DNA from: a virus
Length of the DNA stretch: 64,000 nucleotides
IMG/VR virus record: IMGVR_UViG_3300006920_000004
Span: 4,110 to 68,109 of that record
Reading direction: 5' to 3' (one strand)
Part shown: positions 1 to 8,496 of the stretch, piece after piece
Layout of the letters: each line of letters starts with the position of its first letter
How positions within the stretch are numbered: position 1 is the first letter of the stretch
The notes under the pieces: generated by a model
Told to the model about the DNA's origin: nothing
The model's input: the letters and a program-made list of their open reading frames with translations, nothing else
Database searches by the model: none
Position numbers and translations under genes: made by a program

Positions 1-553
1 CTCCTTCATTTGGAACGCTTTTAAATTCTAAAACGCTTTCAGGGTTTTTAGTTTCGCTATTGTATTGCACCTTTACAATTTCCATTGATATATGACTACT
101 TGTTTTTTTGCCACCACCACGCACAGGCTTTTTGCACATCTTTTTACTTGCCTCACTAAATCGTTCAGTCGGTATTGGATTGTAGTTTGTTTTACCTTTT
201 GCAAAAACCAGTATGCTTTCGTGGTATCTCAATGGTTGATACTTTGCAGTAGCAAATCCTGTCCCTGTATTTTTTCTCCAAATCCATTCGTATTTAAAAA
301 GTTTAGGATTACTCATTACCAAAGCACTTGAAAATGGTTGTGAGGCAGTTAATACTATTGCTCCATTTGGCTTTATCAACCTTTCGTATTCCTTCCATAG
401 TTGTTCAAATGGTATTATTGTGTCCCATTTACAGGCAGTTGTTCCGTAAGGTAAATCACAAAGTATCATATCAAACATTCCGCTTTCCATTTGTGGCATT
501 AATTCCATACAATCACCTAAGTAAGTTTTATTTTTTTTAAAAATATTTGCCAC
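1..553 (-). CDS. DNA amino-methyltransferase (N6A/N4C, beta class), runs off the left edge
   Basis: Not in the ORF track because no stop lies in the window. Manual translation from GTG 553: MANIFKKNKTYLGDCMELMPQMESGMFDMILCDLPYGTTACKWDTIIPFEQLWKEYERLIKPNGAIVLTASQPFSSALVMSNPKLFKYEWIWRK...; GDC, DLPY and IW.K motifs. Confidence 0.9.
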   Translation of the reverse strand, partial: MANIFKKNKTYLGDCMELMPQMESGMFDMILCDLPYGTTACKWDTIIPFEQLWKEYERLIKPNGAIVLTASQPFSSALVMSNPKLFKYEWIWRKNTGTGFATAKYQPLRYHESILVFAKGKTNYNPIPTERFSEASKKMCKKPVRGGGKKTSSHISMEIVKVQYNSETKNPESVLEFKSVPNEG

Positions 554-623
554 CGCTCTAAAAAGTTTTAATAAAAAAGGTTTCCGTTTCCATATCAAGT
601 TTATCTAAAATTAACCGCACTAC

Positions 624-722
624 GCATAACACGGTATTTGTGCAAGTTTTGCCATTAACTTTTGTCCTCTGAATTGAGCATTGTGCAAGGCAAAACCTGA
701 CACAAATACCCAACCGTTATAG
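624..722 (+). repeat. attC-like imperfect palindrome (integron-cassette-type recombination site)
   Basis: GCATAAC (624-630) ... GTTATAG (716-722); arms GGTATTTGTG/CACAAATACC (633-642/701-710) and CAAGTTTTGCC/GGCAAAACCTG (643-653/689-699, one mismatch); one bulged base at 700; unpaired spacer next to the AAC/GTT boxes. Confidence 0.7.
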
Positions 723-790
723 GCAATAGGGCAGACGTTCTTCGTTTCAACATTTGTGGAAGAAAAAAAGAAAAAAAGCCCACCGCACTT

Positions 791-1549
791 TTAAAATAAT
801 TGTGGTTGAGATATTCTAATATTAAGTCGTTTTTCTGCATATTTACATTGTTCTTCTGATAATTCACTTCCTAAATAATTTCGTTTTTCAATAATACAAG
901 CATTGGCAGTTGTGCCAGTTCCCATAAAACTATCATAAATTAAATCATTTTCTTTTGTATAAAGTAACAATAGCTTTCTAACCAATTCGGTTGAGTAGGT
1001 TGCTTTATTTAAGTCGGTTGAATTATCATTATTTTTGGCAGTAATAAAGTTAAATACATTTTCATAAATAGCTTGTCCCGTTTCTCTTTCTTTCAACTTT
1101 TGCTTATTGCAGTTAAAAGTATAAAATTCGTCTTTTCTGCAAAAAACATAAATGTATTCAACTATCCTTGTCATTTTGTTATGTGATACGTTATTTGGTG
1201 TTGCCATTTGCTTTTTCCATACAATAATATCAGCTAAAGTAAAATCACTTTTTCTTATCAAATCAGCAATAACCAAACTCATTAAAATAGTGTTTTCAGT
1301 TCCATAACTCATATTGTATAAAACAACTCCATTTGGCTCTAAAATTTTATTATATCCTTTAAAAATATCTAAAGTCCAATCAATATACTCATCGTTTGTT
1401 TTATCGTCTTTATAAATATCGTAACCTCTATCAGTTGAGTTTGGTCTTATGATATTATAAGGCGGTGAAGTAATTACTGCATTTACTTTACCATCTAATC
1501 TTTTCATAGTTAGTAAGCAATCTTCGTTGTATATTTTATTTATTTCCAT
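791..1549 (-). CDS. DNA methyltransferase, probably N4-cytosine (beta class)
   Basis: NEDC, TSPPY catalytic motif, IVWKK, YDSFMGTGTT SAM-binding motif, GSEL. Confidence 0.93.
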   Translation of the reverse strand: MEINKIYNEDCLLTMKRLDGKVNAVITSPPYNIIRPNSTDRGYDIYKDDKTNDEYIDWTLDIFKGYNKILEPNGVVLYNMSYGTENTILMSLVIADLIRKSDFTLADIIVWKKQMATPNNVSHNKMTRIVEYIYVFCRKDEFYTFNCNKQKLKERETGQAIYENVFNFITAKNNDNSTDLNKATYSTELVRKLLLLYTKENDLIYDSFMGTGTTANACIIEKRNYLGSELSEEQCKYAEKRLNIRISQPQLF

Positions 1550-1573
1550 CCCTCTTTTTTTCTTTTTTTTCTT

Positions 1574-1656
1574 TAGTGCTTCGATTAAACATTTGTTTTT
1601 ATATCAATTTTAGTGCTTCGATTTCGCCACCTTCGGCAATCTGTAAACCGTTATCC
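1574..1656 (+). repeat. Truncated attC-like site (right half only)
   Basis: Ends in AACCGTTAT (1646-1654), identical to 712-720; CTTCGATTAAACATTTGT resembles CTTCGTTTCAACATTTGT near 740; the left AAC arm is replaced by a T/C tract. Confidence 0.5.
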
Positions 1657-1661
1657 TATTG

Positions 1662-1696
1662 CAAATATAAATACATATTGCAATATTCCTAATTAA
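1662..1696 (-). promoter_or_regulatory. Bacteroidota-type promoter driving the methyltransferase cassettes
   Basis: Minus strand TTAATTAG-N19-TATATTTG. Confidence 0.75.
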
Positions 1697-1707
1697 TCTT
1701 TTTTAAC

Positions 1708-2118
1708 CTATTTTCTTAATTGTCTGCTAAAAAACATTCCTATTTGGTCTTTGTTTACTACTGTAAAATCATGTTCGTTGCAGTATTTTACAGCGTGTTG
1801 TAAATCTCTACATAACATACTTTCGCTTCCATCGGTTCTTCTTGCTTTTACTTTGCTTGAACCGCTAATTATTTCTATTTTTACGTTCATTTTACTTGGT
1901 TTTGGTTTATATTCTTGAATGAAATTTTTAATTGGTGCTTTTAAATTACTAATTGTTATCGCTCCTAATGGGTAAGGATTTTTGTCTAGCTTTATTACTT
2001 TTAGTTCAAAACTGTTTGAGTATGTACGTTTTAACTCATTCGCAGATTTCCTCGTTCTTAATTGGAACGAGTTAATCATGCGAAAGTGAGTTTTGTTTTC
2101 CTTTACTACTGCATACAT
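1708..2118 (-). CDS. Hypothetical protein
   Basis: 136-aa ORF in a tightly packed minus-strand operon. Confidence 0.7.
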   Translation of the reverse strand: MYAVVKENKTHFRMINSFQLRTRKSANELKRTYSNSFELKVIKLDKNPYPLGAITISNLKAPIKNFIQEYKPKPSKMNVKIEIISGSSKVKARRTDGSESMLCRDLQHAVKYCNEHDFTVVNKDQIGMFFSRQLRK

Positions 2119-2191
2119 AATTAGTTAATCACAATTAGGTAAAAGTATGCTACAACAATACATCTAATTACTATCTGGTATATCGTGTCTT

Positions 2192-2383
2192 TCATAGCTG
2201 ATTAATAAATAAATGTTCTATCTCTTGAATGTTATCTCTACGCTCTTGCAAATGTATAGGTCTAAGTCTAGTATTTTTGCTTTGCTCTAACTTTTTTAGC
2301 TGTGCTTTTGAATTGTTAATGTATTTAATACTCATAGCGCACAATAACTGCCTTTGTTTTTCTGTGATGATTAACTGTTTCAT
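2192..2383 (-). CDS. Hypothetical protein
   Basis: 63-aa ORF translationally coupled to the upstream gene. Confidence 0.65.
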   Translation of the reverse strand: MKQLIITEKQRQLLCAMSIKYINNSKAQLKKLEQSKNTRLRPIHLQERRDNIQEIEHLFINQL

Positions 2384-2901
2384 TATGATTTATTTTTTTT
2401 GATTATTTGTTTAAGTTTACTGATATAGCTTTTATCCTCCGCATAAATATTTGATAATAGTTTAAAGTATTCCGCATCGGTTGTAATAAATAGCGCATTT
2501 TGTATCTGGAATGCTTTATAGTCAAGGATACAATCTTCTACTGATTCATACTTAGCATAAGTCCCGTAATCGTGGCTGTTAATGGCAAAAGTGAACCTTT
2601 GTGCAGCTACTCTCATGCCAAAACAGTTTAAATTGTTTTTAAACACTTGTGATTTAAAGTTACTGCTTTCAAGTATTGCCTGTGCGAGGACTATATGACT
2701 AAACTTTATTTTATGCTTTTCAAGGTTATCTCTAAAGCAGTTTATATCAATTTTTTCCTCTAAGCAAGTAGTTTTATCTACTTGCTTTTTGAGTGCATCT
2801 ACCTTTCTGCTGTTGAAAACTTCTGTGAATGTAATTCCTGTTGCAATGCCAATGATAAAAATTATTAATATCAATGCTATATCTCTTCTAAATTCTTTCA
2901 T
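2383..2901 (-). CDS. Membrane-anchored glucosaminidase (GH73 family) peptidoglycan hydrolase
   Basis: N-terminal TM helix; AQAILES catalytic motif, N.FGM, YAED..Y. Confidence 0.85.
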   Translation of the reverse strand: MKEFRRDIALILIIFIIGIATGITFTEVFNSRKVDALKKQVDKTTCLEEKIDINCFRDNLEKHKIKFSHIVLAQAILESSNFKSQVFKNNLNCFGMRVAAQRFTFAINSHDYGTYAKYESVEDCILDYKAFQIQNALFITTDAEYFKLLSNIYAEDKSYISKLKQIIKKNKS

Positions 2902-2905
2902 GGTT

Positions 2906-3145
2906 TTAAACTGTTTGAGCTTGTATGTTTAAAGGGTTAATTAATTTACCATCCATGATTATTTCTACTACTGTGTAGGTTTCTTCTGGCGTTATTCTAA
3001 GCATTTTACTTATGCTTTCCGCTGCTTTTATTCGCTCAACACAATGGTATTCTAATATTTTGATAATAGTTCTTCTTTGCTGTGCTGTTAGCTTTGTTAC
3101 TTTATTGTGTAACTCTGTGGCTAATTGTCCGTTGGTTAGTTTCAT
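2906..3145 (-). CDS. Hypothetical protein
   Basis: 79-aa ORF with A-rich start. Confidence 0.6.
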   Translation of the reverse strand: MKLTNGQLATELHNKVTKLTAQQRRTIIKILEYHCVERIKAAESISKMLRITPEETYTVVEIIMDGKLINPLNIQAQTV

Positions 3146-3311
3146 AATTTTTGTACTATTTTTATGTGGTTAATAATTATATCTTGTTTGATTGCAGTTA
3201 GCTTGCTTAACAATTTTATTGTTTTGATTGTTGGTTCTTGTAAATCTTCTTTTAATTGTAGGTTGTATTTAAAGCAGTCCACAATGTTTGCCTTTTGATG
3301 GCTGTTCATAT

Positions 3312-3509
3312 TTATTGTGCCTTTAAATTGTTGTCAATAAATTCAATGCCAATACATTTGCACATTAATTCTTCTGGATATGCTCCACAATTAAAATATG
3401 CACCAATGAAGTATGCTTTTGCTTCATTTTCAGTTACTGCTCCGCTTACATTTGTGCTGTAATTATTACTAGCATCTTCAAATTTTACATTTATTGTGTT
3501 TAGTTTCAT
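3312..3509 (-). CDS. Small hypothetical phage protein
   Basis: Likely start MKLNTINV at 3509 after an A-rich leader. Confidence 0.65.
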   Translation of the reverse strand: MKLNTINVKFEDASNNYSTNVSGAVTENEAKAYFIGAYFNCGAYPEELMCKCIGIEFIDNNLKAQ

Positions 3510-3522
3510 GTTTTTAGTTGGT

Positions 3523-3789
3523 TTAATTACTAGGTTTATATTTATAACTGCCAAAACTTATAACGTGTTTTTCAATTATTGAATTTACATTTGCTGTGCT
3601 GTCGTTACATTCCTTTGCTACTCTTCCGACTAATTTTCTGTAAGTTAAGCACCCATTGTTAAATAGTTCAATAGCATATTTTGCTTTTACGAGATTTTCG
3701 TTTTCCCAATAGTATTTTACATCATTAAAATACTTTACTTGAATGTCTGTTGCTACTTTGTTAAAAAAGTTTTCTGTTGTATGTATCAT
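3523..3789 (-). CDS. Hypothetical protein
   Basis: 88-aa ORF in operon. Confidence 0.65.
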   Translation of the reverse strand: MIHTTENFFNKVATDIQVKYFNDVKYYWENENLVKAKYAIELFNNGCLTYRKLVGRVAKECNDSTANVNSIIEKHVISFGSYKYKPSN

Positions 3790-3794
3790 GTGTT

Positions 3795-4004
3795 TTAGTT
3801 TTTGTTATATCTTATTTGACCTTGTTTTATTTCTTTCCATTTGCCATTGTATTTGTGCGCAATTTCATGTGCAATATAACCGCAATTATATCTGCAAGTA
3901 ATTGTTAGATAACCGTTTTTTGTAGCAAAGTTTTTTGCTCCTCGTTCTGTTTTTGATGTGTCAATATGTACTCCATTGAGTAATACTCCATAAATGTTTT
4001 GCAT
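3795..4004 (-). CDS. Hypothetical protein
   Basis: 69-aa ORF preceded by the repeated leader motif. Confidence 0.7.
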   Translation of the reverse strand: MQNIYGVLLNGVHIDTSKTERGAKNFATKNGYLTITCRYNCGYIAHEIAHKYNGKWKEIKQGQIRYNKN

Positions 4005-4048
4005 AATTTTTTGTGTTTTTAAATTTGTTTGAAATTGTATGTTTAAAA
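4002..4048 (-). repeat. Repeated ~45-bp intergenic leader, copy 1 (others at 4937-4987 and 5695-5740)
   Basis: Plus-strand consensus TGTGTTTTTAAATTTGTTT-N6-GTATGTTTAAAA adjoining the start codon. Confidence 0.65.
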
Positions 4049-4219
4049 TCTTTTATTAGTTTGTTGAAGTCTTTTTATTTGCATTCTATCTGATTCAAAT
4101 AATATTTGTCTTTCGATAGGCTGTAAATCTTTGTTTGCATCCACAGTCCTGTTAATTAAGGGCTGTGGGTATGTTGCTTTTAAAATTTCACTTGCTAGTT
4201 TTAGTTGTTGGCTGTTCAT
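4043..4219 (-). CDS. Small hypothetical protein
   Basis: Likely start MNSQQ at 4219. Confidence 0.55.
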   Translation of the reverse strand: MNSQQLKLASEILKATYPQPLINRTVDANKDLQPIERQILFESDRMQIKRLQQTNKRF

Positions 4220-4223
4220 AATT

Positions 4224-4427
4224 TTAAATATAATTTTCGTAATAAAATGATTGTTCAACAATGGGTAATTGTGTTTTTAAAACAATATGTTTATTGTTTA
4301 TTGGCGCAATTCCATAACCAAAATGTATTGATAGTCTTTCTATCACTTGCTTTTTGGATGTTGCTTGTATTTGTATTTTTTGCTTTTTGTCTAAAGCTTT
4401 TGTTATTGTTACAATATAATTTTTCAT
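4224..4427 (-). CDS. Small hypothetical protein
   Basis: Likely start MKNYIV at 4427. Confidence 0.55.
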   Translation of the reverse strand: MKNYIVTITKALDKKQKIQIQATSKKQVIERLSIHFGYGIAPINNKHIVLKTQLPIVEQSFYYENYI

Positions 4428-4467
4428 AATTTTATGTGTTTTTACTAAGTTTTTGTTTTTCATAATT

Positions 4468-4656
4468 TTAATTTATGTTTTCTCTTTTATTTGTTTCTTT
4501 TAAAATACTTTCGTATAAATTTGTTAATGTAGTTTGTATTGAGGTGGGCAAATAATTTGAAACGTGTCTGTATGCTTCAATTTCAGCATCAATACTTACA
4601 GCAAGTGAGCATAATTCACTCAATTGATTATCATCTAATTTTTTTAATGTTTTCAT
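4468..4656 (-). CDS. Small hypothetical protein
   Basis: Likely start MKTLKK at 4656. Confidence 0.55.
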   Translation of the reverse strand: MKTLKKLDDNQLSELCSLAVSIDAEIEAYRHVSNYLPTSIQTTLTNLYESILKETNKRENIN

Positions 4657-4657
4657 T

Positions 4658-4939
4658 TTATAGTTCGTTTTTATACATTTTATACAAAATTGCTTCGCTT
4701 GCATCATAACTTAAATGTGTTGCATCTTTGTTTATTCCGTCTCTCCACGTTGGATTTATATCATCTGATTTAAGGCTTTTAATAGCCTTTCGCAAGTCTT
4801 TTTTTGCCAATGATACACTATCATAGATAAGAGTGAAAGAGTTAAACATTGTGTCTTTTTTACTTTCGTAATTTGATAATTTTGAGAGTATTCTAAAATT
4901 ACCTCCGATTTGTCCTTTAATTAAAATTTGTGCTTTCAT
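4658..4939 (-). CDS. Hypothetical protein
   Basis: 93-aa ORF preceded by the repeated leader. Confidence 0.7.
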   Translation of the reverse strand: MKAQILIKGQIGGNFRILSKLSNYESKKDTMFNSFTLIYDSVSLAKKDLRKAIKSLKSDDINPTWRDGINKDATHLSYDASEAILYKMYKNEL

Positions 4940-4981
4940 GAGTTTTTTGATGTGTTTTTTAATTTGTTTGTGTTTGTATGT

Positions 4982-5176
4982 TTAAAATATTTGATTTAAG
5001 TATATAGGCTTTACAGTATAATTGTGTTTTAACTTGTAAGTTTGCCCACTTATAAACAGGTCGGCAAAATCGGAGGGCTGTAAACTTTCGCAACTGTGTA
5101 GCTTTAAAATTTGCCTTGTGTTTTTGTCGGCTGTTGATATGGCTATAATTGTGCCTTTAAAATATATTGCTTTCAT
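4982..5176 (-). CDS. Hypothetical protein
   Basis: 64-aa ORF. Confidence 0.55.
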   Translation of the reverse strand: MKAIYFKGTIIAISTADKNTRQILKLHSCESLQPSDFADLFISGQTYKLKHNYTVKPIYLNQIF

Positions 5177-5183
5177 GTGTTTT

Positions 5184-5507
5184 TTAGTTGTTTAAATATG
5201 CTTTTGAAATTCTTAAAATATAATTAGGGTTGTCTGTGTGTATAGGTTCAATTTTATCAATAAATTTGCACATATCGACATTGCCCATTAAATTATATTC
5301 ACTTTCAAATGTTGGTTTAAATTCTGTATAAAAAAACGGCTTGCCAATTCTAAACCAAAAGCCTATATTATCAGGGCTGTTTAATGTGTACAAATTATTA
5401 AAAGAGTCCTTAAAACTTAAATAGTTATTTTTTAAAATAAAACTATTGAAGTACCCTGTTTTATATGCTTTTTTTGCTGTTTGCTTTAAAATTTTTTTAG
5501 TATTCAT
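5184..5507 (-). CDS. Hypothetical protein
   Basis: 107-aa ORF. Confidence 0.6.
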   Translation of the reverse strand: MNTKKILKQTAKKAYKTGYFNSFILKNNYLSFKDSFNNLYTLNSPDNIGFWFRIGKPFFYTEFKPTFESEYNLMGNVDMCKFIDKIEPIHTDNPNYILRISKAYLNN

Positions 5508-5520
5508 AATTTTATTTTAT

Positions 5521-5697
5521 TTATGTGTTTAAAAATATTTCCTGTTTATCTCTTTTTTCTTTTAAAATGTTTATACTTTCGCAAAGTTCAAATATTAATT
5601 TTGATTTATTAAAAAGCATGTAACAATCTGTTTTTTCAACTATTTTAAGGGCTTTTTCAAGGTTTAAAATATCTTTTTTAATTATTTCTATGTTCAT
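5521..5697 (-). CDS. Small hypothetical protein (58 aa)
   Basis: Manual translation MNIEIIKKDILNLEKALKIVEK...; preceded by repeated leader copy 3. Confidence 0.55.
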   Translation of the reverse strand: MNIEIIKKDILNLEKALKIVEKTDCYMLFNKSKLIFELCESINILKEKRDKQEIFLNT

Positions 5698-5748
5698 GTG
5701 TTTATGTGTTTAAAATTTGTTTAAAAATGTATGTTTTAAAGGCTGTTT

Positions 5749-5844
5749 TTATAACAGTTCTATTATTATAAAAACTGTTAAAAATAATATAAATAAGCCT
5801 ATAATTTGCCCTATTGAAAGGAAGATGTTTATTATTGTTTTCAT
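5749..5844 (-). CDS. 31-aa hydrophobic membrane peptide
   Basis: MKTIINIFLSIGQIIGLFILFLTVFIIIELL; fills the intergenic gap. Confidence 0.5.
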   Translation of the reverse strand: MKTIINIFLSIGQIIGLFILFLTVFIIIELL

Positions 5845-5849
5845 GATGT

Positions 5850-6485
5850 TTAATTTTTTGCTATAAATTCATAAATACTGCCAACACTGTGAGAATTTAA
5901 TAAACCAAAATAATTTAGTAAACTTAAATTTAAACTATTTTTTTGAGCACTAAAACGCTCAACAGCTTGTTTAAATTCATTGTTTATATTTTCGCAGTTT
6001 AAAACAATTTGCCTGTATTCTTCAATTGTTATGTTTTTTAACATGATAGAATTTAGTTCCAAAAATTGCTCAAAAGTATCAATATTTATATATTCAATCG
6101 GTTTGTTATATTCATATTTTCGTTTATACATTTGAAACTTTTCACCGTTCAACGTAATTTCAATAAGTTTATTATCTTCAAATTTACCATAAACATATTT
6201 TAACGCTGCTAATTTTGGATATTTTTTAACCTTTACAGCGTGAAAACTTGAGTCATTGCATAAAATATCATTTATAGGCTTTTCACATTCAAAAACTTGT
6301 TTTGCTAGTTCTCTTAATCTTGTTTGTTTTGCGTTTACTTCACTAATAAGTTTTAACTGCTTTAAATCTTTAATTTGTGAATCAATTTTTTTTAATTGCT
6401 CTATTTCTTTTTTTGCATCATTAAATTTTAAGTTTCTAACAATTGCGCTTTTTTGTTCCTGTAAATTTTCAATTTGTGTGTTCAT
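5850..6485 (-). CDS. Hypothetical coiled-coil protein
   Basis: 211-aa ORF directly downstream of the hammerhead. Confidence 0.75.
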   Translation of the reverse strand: MNTQIENLQEQKSAIVRNLKFNDAKKEIEQLKKIDSQIKDLKQLKLISEVNAKQTRLRELAKQVFECEKPINDILCNDSSFHAVKVKKYPKLAALKYVYGKFEDNKLIEITLNGEKFQMYKRKYEYNKPIEYINIDTFEQFLELNSIMLKNITIEEYRQIVLNCENINNEFKQAVERFSAQKNSLNLSLLNYFGLLNSHSVGSIYEFIAKN

Positions 6486-6506
6486 AATTTTTATTTTTTT
6501 TAGTTT

Positions 6507-6562
6507 GTTTAATACAAGGCTTTTAAACCTTGTTTCGGATATTAAATCCTCATCAGTTAAAC
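6507..6562 (-). ncRNA. Hammerhead ribozyme (type I)
   Basis: Minus strand GTTTAA-CTGATGA-GGAT(TTAAT)ATCC-GAAA-CAAGG(TTTAAAAG)CCTTG-TA-TTAAAC: full core, three perfect stems, GUA cleavage triplet. Confidence 0.9.
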
Positions 6563-6804
6563 TATTTCATATTTTGATATGCTAAAGCCTCCTTTAAAAT
6601 ATTATTTAAATTATCATTAAAAACTTGTTTTGCCTCGTTTATTTTTGCGTCCAAACTTATTTCAAACTGTTTTTTAATTGTTTCTTTGTTTATTACTGTT
6701 AAATTACATGATATTTCAAGCAATAAAATATCAAAATTTATCGAGTCTAAAATATTTTGGCTTGCCTCGTAAGGGCTTTTTAAATTTACATTTGAGTAAT
6801 CCAT
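6562..6804 (-). CDS. Hypothetical protein
   Basis: Likely start MDYSNV at 6804; its stop abuts hammerhead stem I. Confidence 0.7.
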   Translation of the reverse strand: MDYSNVNLKSPYEASQNILDSINFDILLLEISCNLTVINKETIKKQFEISLDAKINEAKQVFNDNLNNILKEALAYQNMK

Positions 6805-6935
6805 AATTTTTTTTGTTTGTGTTTTTAAATTGTTAATTTGATGCTGCAATATTACAGCTAAGTTATTAAAATGATGTTTAGATTTAATTATTTGTTAGTT
6901 AAAAAAACGTTTTAAAACTTGCTTAGGTTATTAAA

Positions 6936-7370
6936 TTAGTAATTATTTATTGGGCTACATAAATTGTCTAGACCTGTATAACTTTCTAATAAAAATATTT
7001 TATTGTCAACTATACCAAAAATTTTATGATTTATAAAATTTGCATCATCCCAATTTTTTGAGCTATTATAAGCAATAATTTTAAAACTCACTTCACTATC
7101 TTTTTTAATTGAATCTAAAAAAGTTTTAACTGGTGAATAATTATAATTAGATAAATGAAAACAAATTTTGTTTATTTCAATACCTTTTTTATAGTTATCA
7201 ATTGAAAAAATAGTATCGGTTTCAATAAATACGCTATGAATCTCATTTGTATATTTACTTTTTTCGTCAATACATATTCGAATAAATGTATTTCCGTCTC
7301 TTTTCATAATTAACATAGCTTGTAAGTTTTTGTCTTTTTTAGCTTGCATAAATTCGTTTGATACTTTCAT
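6936..7370 (-). CDS. Hypothetical protein
   Basis: 144-aa ORF downstream of a TTCCTTTG promoter-like element near 7402-7409. Confidence 0.7.
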   Translation of the reverse strand: MKVSNEFMQAKKDKNLQAMLIMKRDGNTFIRICIDEKSKYTNEIHSVFIETDTIFSIDNYKKGIEINKICFHLSNYNYSPVKTFLDSIKKDSEVSFKIIAYNSSKNWDDANFINHKIFGIVDNKIFLLESYTGLDNLCSPINNY

Positions 7371-7639
7371 AATTTTTATTTTTTATTTGTTTTTGATAGG
7401 GCAAAGGAACATCCAACCGCATTAAACTACAATCTAAAGCAAATTAAAATTAATTAATGGTTGATAGTCAAGCAAATAAAATGTAAAAAGGCTAAAAATA
7501 AATATTATTTAGAATGAATCTAAGTAAAAACGTGTGTTTTTTTGGCTTTTTTGAGCAACAAAAAAACAACAAAAACCACAAAAAAGAAACTAGTAATTAT
7601 ATAAAATTGATAGGTAATAAGAGACAGGAAACAATAAAA

Positions 7640-7891
7640 CTATTTTGATTCAAGTTGGTGAATATACTTTAATAAATCGAAAGTAAAATTATACTGCTTA
7701 CATATTAAGTAAAGAGTATTTAAAGAAACATATTGAATGGAATAGTTTTGTAATTTATTATAAATAAAGTTTTTCGGTAAATTGCAATCCTTAGTAAGTT
7801 TGTAAACGGTTATATTTTCACGCTGTAAAATATCTAAAACAAAGAGTTTAAATAATTCGTTTGTATAAGTTGTTAGTTGTTGTTTATCCAT
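7640..7891 (-). CDS. XRE/Cro-like helix-turn-helix regulator
   Basis: ITVYKLTKDCNLPKNFIYN...VSLNTLYLIC pattern. Confidence 0.65.
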   Translation of the reverse strand: MDKQQLTTYTNELFKLFVLDILQRENITVYKLTKDCNLPKNFIYNKLQNYSIQYVSLNTLYLICKQYNFTFDLLKYIHQLESK

Positions 7892-8496
7892 TCAATTAGA
7901 TGATATTTAAAAACCTATATTAATAGGACTATGAAAAGTGAATGTTAAAAATTTTATTTGTGGAGGTCATTATTCTTTTTTATATATAAACTGCTAAAAT
8001 TTAACCCAAAAAAATAAGCCTTTCAAAAAGGTATATGTTAGAATGATTTATTTTTTAAAGTATCAACCAATAAATTAAACTTTGCTTATTGTTCGTTTAG
8101 CAAAGTTTAAAATATTGATTGACTGATTTTTAAATTTTAATTTTAATAAATTTATTTGCTGTTTACTGCTTACAATAATATTTAAAATGTTGGTATGCAG
8201 TGGATTACAAGGGGTGCGGGTGTTTTTATGTAGAATTTTGGAAGTCAAATGAGTGTAGGTAATAGGTGGCTTACACTCGTACATATTTTTTTTACTAACA
8301 GACTTATTGTGAAATATTTTACTGCACAATACTCTTTCTAAATTCATTTCCATAGGTCAAAGGTAATATAAAACTGTATTAAAACAAAACTCTAATAAAA
8401 ACACTACTTAATTTATCTAAACTCGGTAAACACGAAGACAGGCTAAATAATACTAAACCCCTTGTAAATCTCGAACCGACCGCATATATTTTCAGT

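Noticed and set aside
92-867. Short ORFs at 92-331, 328-540 and 655-867
   Set aside because: Antisense to the first MTase, or running through the attC-like site and the end of the second MTase.
8075-8353. 92-aa ORF with a leaderless promoter
   Set aside because: Composition is not protein-like and it spans the G-rich putative signal region; left uncalled although the promoter looks real.
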